Assembly: GCA_039189765.1 (NCBI GenBank)
Contig: JBCCYL010000003.1
Location: forward strand, 112,706 to 176,705
Direction: 5' to 3'
Length of the DNA: 64,000 bases
DNA from: Cyanobacteria bacterium P01_F01_bin.150
GTDB lineage: Bacteria; Cyanobacteriota; Cyanobacteriia; CAKZMO01
A program made the position numbers and the translations under genes. Shown one piece after another: positions 59,900 to 64,000 of this stretch (position 1 is the first letter of the stretch; each line of letters begins with the position of its first letter). The notes beneath the pieces were generated by a model. It worked only from the letters and a program-made list of their open reading frames with translations, did no database searches and was not told where the DNA came from.

Positions 59900-60048
59900 G
59901 GAATCTGCCAGAAAATAAAGTACCAGCCTAGGGCGGGCAAAGGATGTTAGGAGGGGCCAACCAAAGCCAATCCCTGATGGGCCCATGTTCGTTTTGCCCA
60001 TCCTACGTAAGCGGTATGTTATTTTCATGCAAGTCCCTAATCTACGAG

Positions 60049-60840
60049 CTATTGTTCTGCTGTGCCAGTCTCCTTTTCCTCAAGCTGAACACACTCAAAA
60101 TTCACATCCAGTTCCACTCCACTCAGAGTGCGCTCTACTATCCTCACATCGCCATTGCTTGTACACCGAGTTTGCTCTGCCTTAAACAGTCCCGGCGGCT
60201 GAGCAGCATCAACGACGGATTGCAGTGGAGCAAAACGACGCTGCAATAGCTCATCCCGATGCACACTCGCATCACGGATAGTGGGCATAGCAGCAGAAAG
60301 AACAACCAAAATTGCCTCTTCCTTCTTCGTATCCTTGTCCACAAACTGAGGAATTCGCTGGATACAATTGTTTAGGCGCTGAATACGGTTCGTCACTGAT
60401 GAAAGGCCATCAAAGTCAATGTCCAATGCTAAATCTATTTGGCTCGTATACTGGTCCCCATCCCATCGAAAATACTTACCCGCAGGTTGAGTCGGCTGAC
60501 GATAGTCTAGAATTCTTGCCACACATCCATCGCCTTCTCCGACCTTGGTGAGCAGTAGGTCTGCCTTCTCCTGGAGTAATTGGGTTGATGCAGAAAATGA
60601 GGATTGGGTGGTACTTAAGCTGACCGTCATCACTGCTAAATCCGGTGGTATAAGAAAAGGCTGTCGAGCCGGATCGTTGGGAACAACAGCCTCAGCGTAA
60701 CCCCGAGAATCGTCAGAACGGGATGATTGAGCGATGACCGAGGAGGGTGGCCCAGAAGCTCTGCCACAGGAGAAAAAGAGCACTAAAGTTCCTGCTAATC
60801 CCACCAGCTTTGCTGCTTTATTGGCTGAGTTTTGGACCAT
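60049..60840 (-). CDS. Hypothetical lipoprotein (possibly SIMPL/DUF541-like)
   Basis: Lipobox-like LFFSC after a hydrophobic stretch and PPDLAVMTVSL. Start uncertain (60840, 60885 or 60981). Confidence 0.5.
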   Translation of the reverse strand: MVQNSANKAAKLVGLAGTLVLFFSCGRASGPPSSVIAQSSRSDDSRGYAEAVVPNDPARQPFLIPPDLAVMTVSLSTTQSSFSASTQLLQEKADLLLTKVGEGDGCVARILDYRQPTQPAGKYFRWDGDQYTSQIDLALDIDFDGLSSVTNRIQRLNNCIQRIPQFVDKDTKKEEAILVVLSAAMPTIRDASVHRDELLQRRFAPLQSVVDAAQPPGLFKAEQTRCTSNGDVRIVERTLSGVELDVNFECVQLEEKETGTAEQ

Positions 60841-60945
60841 CTGCTTTTTTCTGGAAATTATTCTACGATTCTTTGAAAAATTCATAATTTCTTTAAAGTT
60901 TAGGTTTAGAGGTACAATGCGATCGCATATTATCTCCACATCATT

Positions 60946-61590
60946 GTGTCTACTACATCTATCCATTCCGTCGTAGCGCAACGCCAGCAGACCATACGGC
61001 GCGAGTTAGACAACTGGAATCGATATCTGAATCTAAATCCCCATCTTCCCCATATTTACATTCGTCGAGGCATGGCTAGGTTTAAGCTTGCCCAAATTAA
61101 TGCCTCAATTTACGACTTTGATTGTGCTGAACATTTAGATGCAACCCTGACGCCATTTTTATGGCAGCGGGGGATTGCGTATTACTTTTCAAACCAATTC
61201 GAAGATGCGGTCTCTCAATTTGAAGTAGGACTTACCATCAATGGCAGTGACCTAGAGCAAACTATTTGGCACTACTTATGCTTAGTTAAACTCCACGGTA
61301 TTATCTATGCTAGAAAACAAATGTTTCCCCTTGAAGGCGAGCGAGCACCGACTCTTACCGCCATTTATCAGCTCTGTGCTGGACATCTAAAGCCAGAGCA
61401 TGTTCTAATCATTGGCAAACGAGGAGGCGATCGCGGCAAGTTTTACAGCCATTTTTATATTGGTTTATATTGCAGCGCTCGCGGCTATTATGAATTGGCC
61501 AGACAGTACATTACTAAAGCTGTTACGAAGTATCTGATTGACGATTATATGTGGTATGTCGGGATGGTTTATCAAAACCTATGCGCCTAA
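60946..61590 (+). CDS. TPR protein (NlpI-like)
   Basis: TPR motifs YIRRGMARFKL, LWQRGIAYY and FYSHFYIGLY. Confidence 0.8.
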   Translation: MSTTSIHSVVAQRQQTIRRELDNWNRYLNLNPHLPHIYIRRGMARFKLAQINASIYDFDCAEHLDATLTPFLWQRGIAYYFSNQFEDAVSQFEVGLTINGSDLEQTIWHYLCLVKLHGIIYARKQMFPLEGERAPTLTAIYQLCAGHLKPEHVLIIGKRGGDRGKFYSHFYIGLYCSARGYYELARQYITKAVTKYLIDDYMWYVGMVYQNLCA

Positions 61591-61835
61591 CATTAGTGCC
61601 TACTCCTGTTGATAAACAAAACCTATGCCCATTAGACCGTAATGGCCTTTAACAGTGTGTCGCTTAGAAATGAAAATTTAAAGGCCCTGGAGCACTTTGT
61701 TAAGGGTAGGCACTTCGCGTCTGCTTTCAATAAAAGAATCCCAATTCTATTTCATGACCGTTCTCCAGAAAAAAGAATTCGATAGAATAGTGGGGCTAGC
61801 TTCCCACTGTCAACTCTTCTTTATGCTTAAAGCCT

Positions 61836-62813
61836 ATGGTCTTTATTCGTACTCCCCAACCTTGGTATCTGTCTGAAAATCGTATTACTGCAGAGAGGTC
61901 GTATTTTAACCGTCGCCGATTTCTGAAGACCGTAGGTGGAGCCAGTATTGGTTTAGCCCTGGCAAGTTGTCAAACATCCAGAGGCGCTAGCGATAATGCG
62001 GATCCATTAATAGGCTTAATGGATTTAGCCGCGACTCCCAATCCTGATTTTACTGATGTGGGCCGCCCCCTTACAGGCAGAACTTTAGCCGCAACCTACA
62101 ATAACTTCTATGAGTTTGGTGGCACCAAAAATGTTTGGCAAGCATCTCAGGCATTGCCCACCAATCCTTGGACCGTTGAAGTAGGCGGATTAGTCAAAAA
62201 CCCTCGGATCTATGACCTTGACGATTTAAAGACGGTCTTTCCACAAGAAGAGAGGGTCTATCGATTTCGTTGTGTAGAAGCGTGGGCAATGGTGGTACCT
62301 TGGACGGGATTTCCCATGCGGCTGATGTTAGAAGCGGCAGAGCCAACTTCAGAAGCTAAGTTTGTCCGCTTTACGTCTTACTATGATCAAGCAGTGACTA
62401 CGGGGCCTGGGGGATTTTCAACGCGATCGCTTCCCTGGCCATACACAGAGGCCTTGCGGATAGATGAGATGGCAAATGAACTAGCCTTTTTTGCCCTAGG
62501 AATTTATGGTCAAACGTTGCCAAAACAGCATGGTGCCCCTATTCGTATGGTAGTGCCCTGGAAGTACGGATTTAAAGGGGCAAAATCCGTTGTCAAGGTT
62601 GAATTTGTCGCCGAACAGCCTGCCACCTATTGGAATACTCTCAGCCCCAACGAATATAAGTTTGAATCCAATGTTGAACCAGATGTAGCACACCCTCGCT
62701 GGTCTCAAGCGGAGGAAAAGCTACTCGGGGCTGGTCCTGATTTTGAAGTCGATATTGTGCCAACGCTACCCTATAACGGCTATGGCGACTACGTAGCTCA
62801 GCTATACGTATAG
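61836..62813 (+). CDS. msrP: Protein-methionine-sulfoxide reductase catalytic subunit
   Basis: Tat signal RRRFLK, YNNFYEFG, YRFRCVEAW and PWKYGFKGAKS. Confidence 0.95.
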   Translation: MVFIRTPQPWYLSENRITAERSYFNRRRFLKTVGGASIGLALASCQTSRGASDNADPLIGLMDLAATPNPDFTDVGRPLTGRTLAATYNNFYEFGGTKNVWQASQALPTNPWTVEVGGLVKNPRIYDLDDLKTVFPQEERVYRFRCVEAWAMVVPWTGFPMRLMLEAAEPTSEAKFVRFTSYYDQAVTTGPGGFSTRSLPWPYTEALRIDEMANELAFFALGIYGQTLPKQHGAPIRMVVPWKYGFKGAKSVVKVEFVAEQPATYWNTLSPNEYKFESNVEPDVAHPRWSQAEEKLLGAGPDFEVDIVPTLPYNGYGDYVAQLYV

Positions 62814-63865
62814 TTAAGAGCTTTTGGGGTGACGAGCAGTAATATCTGTTCCTTGCTTTTCCAATAAATAAATTCCCTCTGATTTTACATGACTGACGAC
62901 TTGAGGTGAATGGGTGGTGACAATAAATTGGCAGTTGGGAAAAGTTTTTGTCAGAGAAGGAATCACTCGCTGTTGCCAGCCAGGGTGCAAGTGGAGTTCA
63001 ATTTCATCAATTAAAATAATGCCGCTGCCTTGGAGCGGATCGTCTCGGTTAGGATTGGCGATCGCCAACCGTCGTGCAATATCGCCTACCATTGCCATCA
63101 GGCATTTTTCACCGTCTGATAGCTGGGTAATCACCAAATCTTCGCTGTCCTTGGAAATGGTCATCCGCAGGGGCGATTGCCGCACCTGCAAGCTAGAAAA
63201 TCCTGGCAAAAGACTAGCAATTGCCTGACGAACGGCTTCAAGTTGGCGATCGCGATACGCTGAATTATCTCGCCGCTCCTCATTTTCCAAATCTTCCAAC
63301 GTCCTAAACCACCTAAAAAATTCGCTAAATCCAGCTTTAACAGTTAACGACAATGTCTGAGGTATACCTGAGGGTTTCGGATAGCCAAACAAATTATTAT
63401 GTTGATTTTCAACAATATCTAGTGGAATAGTTGAAACTGCTCGGTCTACAGAATAATGAAGAACTATAGGAATCTCTCTTCTTTGTGAGCGTTCAGAACG
63501 AGAATCAACTGCATTGATAACCTGTTTAGGCAGATCTGGATAATGGGTCGTAATTTGACCTGCATCGTCCTGCCCCAGGATCGACCATTGAGCGACATTT
63601 TGTCCTAACTCAATTTGAATTTGACTCTCAATCTTTTATTTGCCTGTTTTTAAGTCCTCTACGGCAAATCTTTTTGATCGAGATGGATATTGATTTTTTG
63701 CTAGCAACCTTCTACGAGTTTCCTTCCATGATTTTGATGAAGAGAGAAGGAATAGGTCAACCAGCGAACTTAAAAGCACGACGAGGCACTCTAATACACT
63801 TGATTTTCCTACTCCATTAATACCGATGAAAACAATTGGGTTGTTAGGGTTTCGTTTTAACGCGA
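62814..63865 (-). pseudogene. ABC/AAA ATPase (PtuA-like); interrupted and probably C-terminally truncated
   Basis: Walker A GINGVGKSS near 63800-63826, an in-frame TAA at 63636-63638, then LSDGEK, LIDEIELHLHP and TTHSPQ. The N-terminus is lost in low-quality sequence. Confidence 0.7.
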
Positions 63866-64000
63866 AACAATATTAACGGTAGTGGGGGGGGGCCGCGCCC
63901 CCCCAAACCCCCCAAAAAGGTATAACCCGTGTTTGTTTAAAAAAAAATGTAAAAATAAATTTATAATAGGAAGATAAAAAAATTAAAATTTTTAAAAAAA

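Noticed and set aside
63866..64000. Homopolymer-rich G/C then A/T tail
   Set aside because: Looks like low-quality read-end or contig-end sequence, not a biological feature.

Overview
Cyanobacterial chromosomal DNA, judged by the dense HIP1 octamer GCGATCGC and a gene content typical of filamentous cyanobacteria. Housekeeping genes include trpD, crhR-rimO, btpA, a VKOR-thioredoxin fusion, larB/cpmA, ilvC and msrP. There are two giant RTX-type secreted proteins: a 2763 aa DUF4347/cadherin-like adhesin and a 2444 aa Ig-repeat ExeM/NucH nuclease. An accessory patch at about 14.5-22 kb holds a RAYT-like HUH Y1 transposase, an RHH protein, one intact and one decayed tyrosine recombinase, a YhcG nuclease and several gene remnants. 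The most interesting signals are missing from the ORF track. (1) A roughly 260 nt highly structured non-coding unit with its own promoter and terminator lies directly behind the RAYT gene. (2) A PP2C + Ser/Thr-kinase operon has a TTGACA-N17-TAACAT promoter carrying two NrtR-like operators. (3) A module of NtcA box, glutamine (glnA-type) riboswitch, 40 aa YRG/DUF4278-like peptide and terminator is complete. (4) Related GTAG-type REPs bracket the adhesin gene. No tRNA, rRNA or CRISPR array was seen. The last ~130 bp look like low-quality sequence, so single-base lesions elsewhere may be sequencing errors. All family assignments come from reading motifs by eye; no database search was run.
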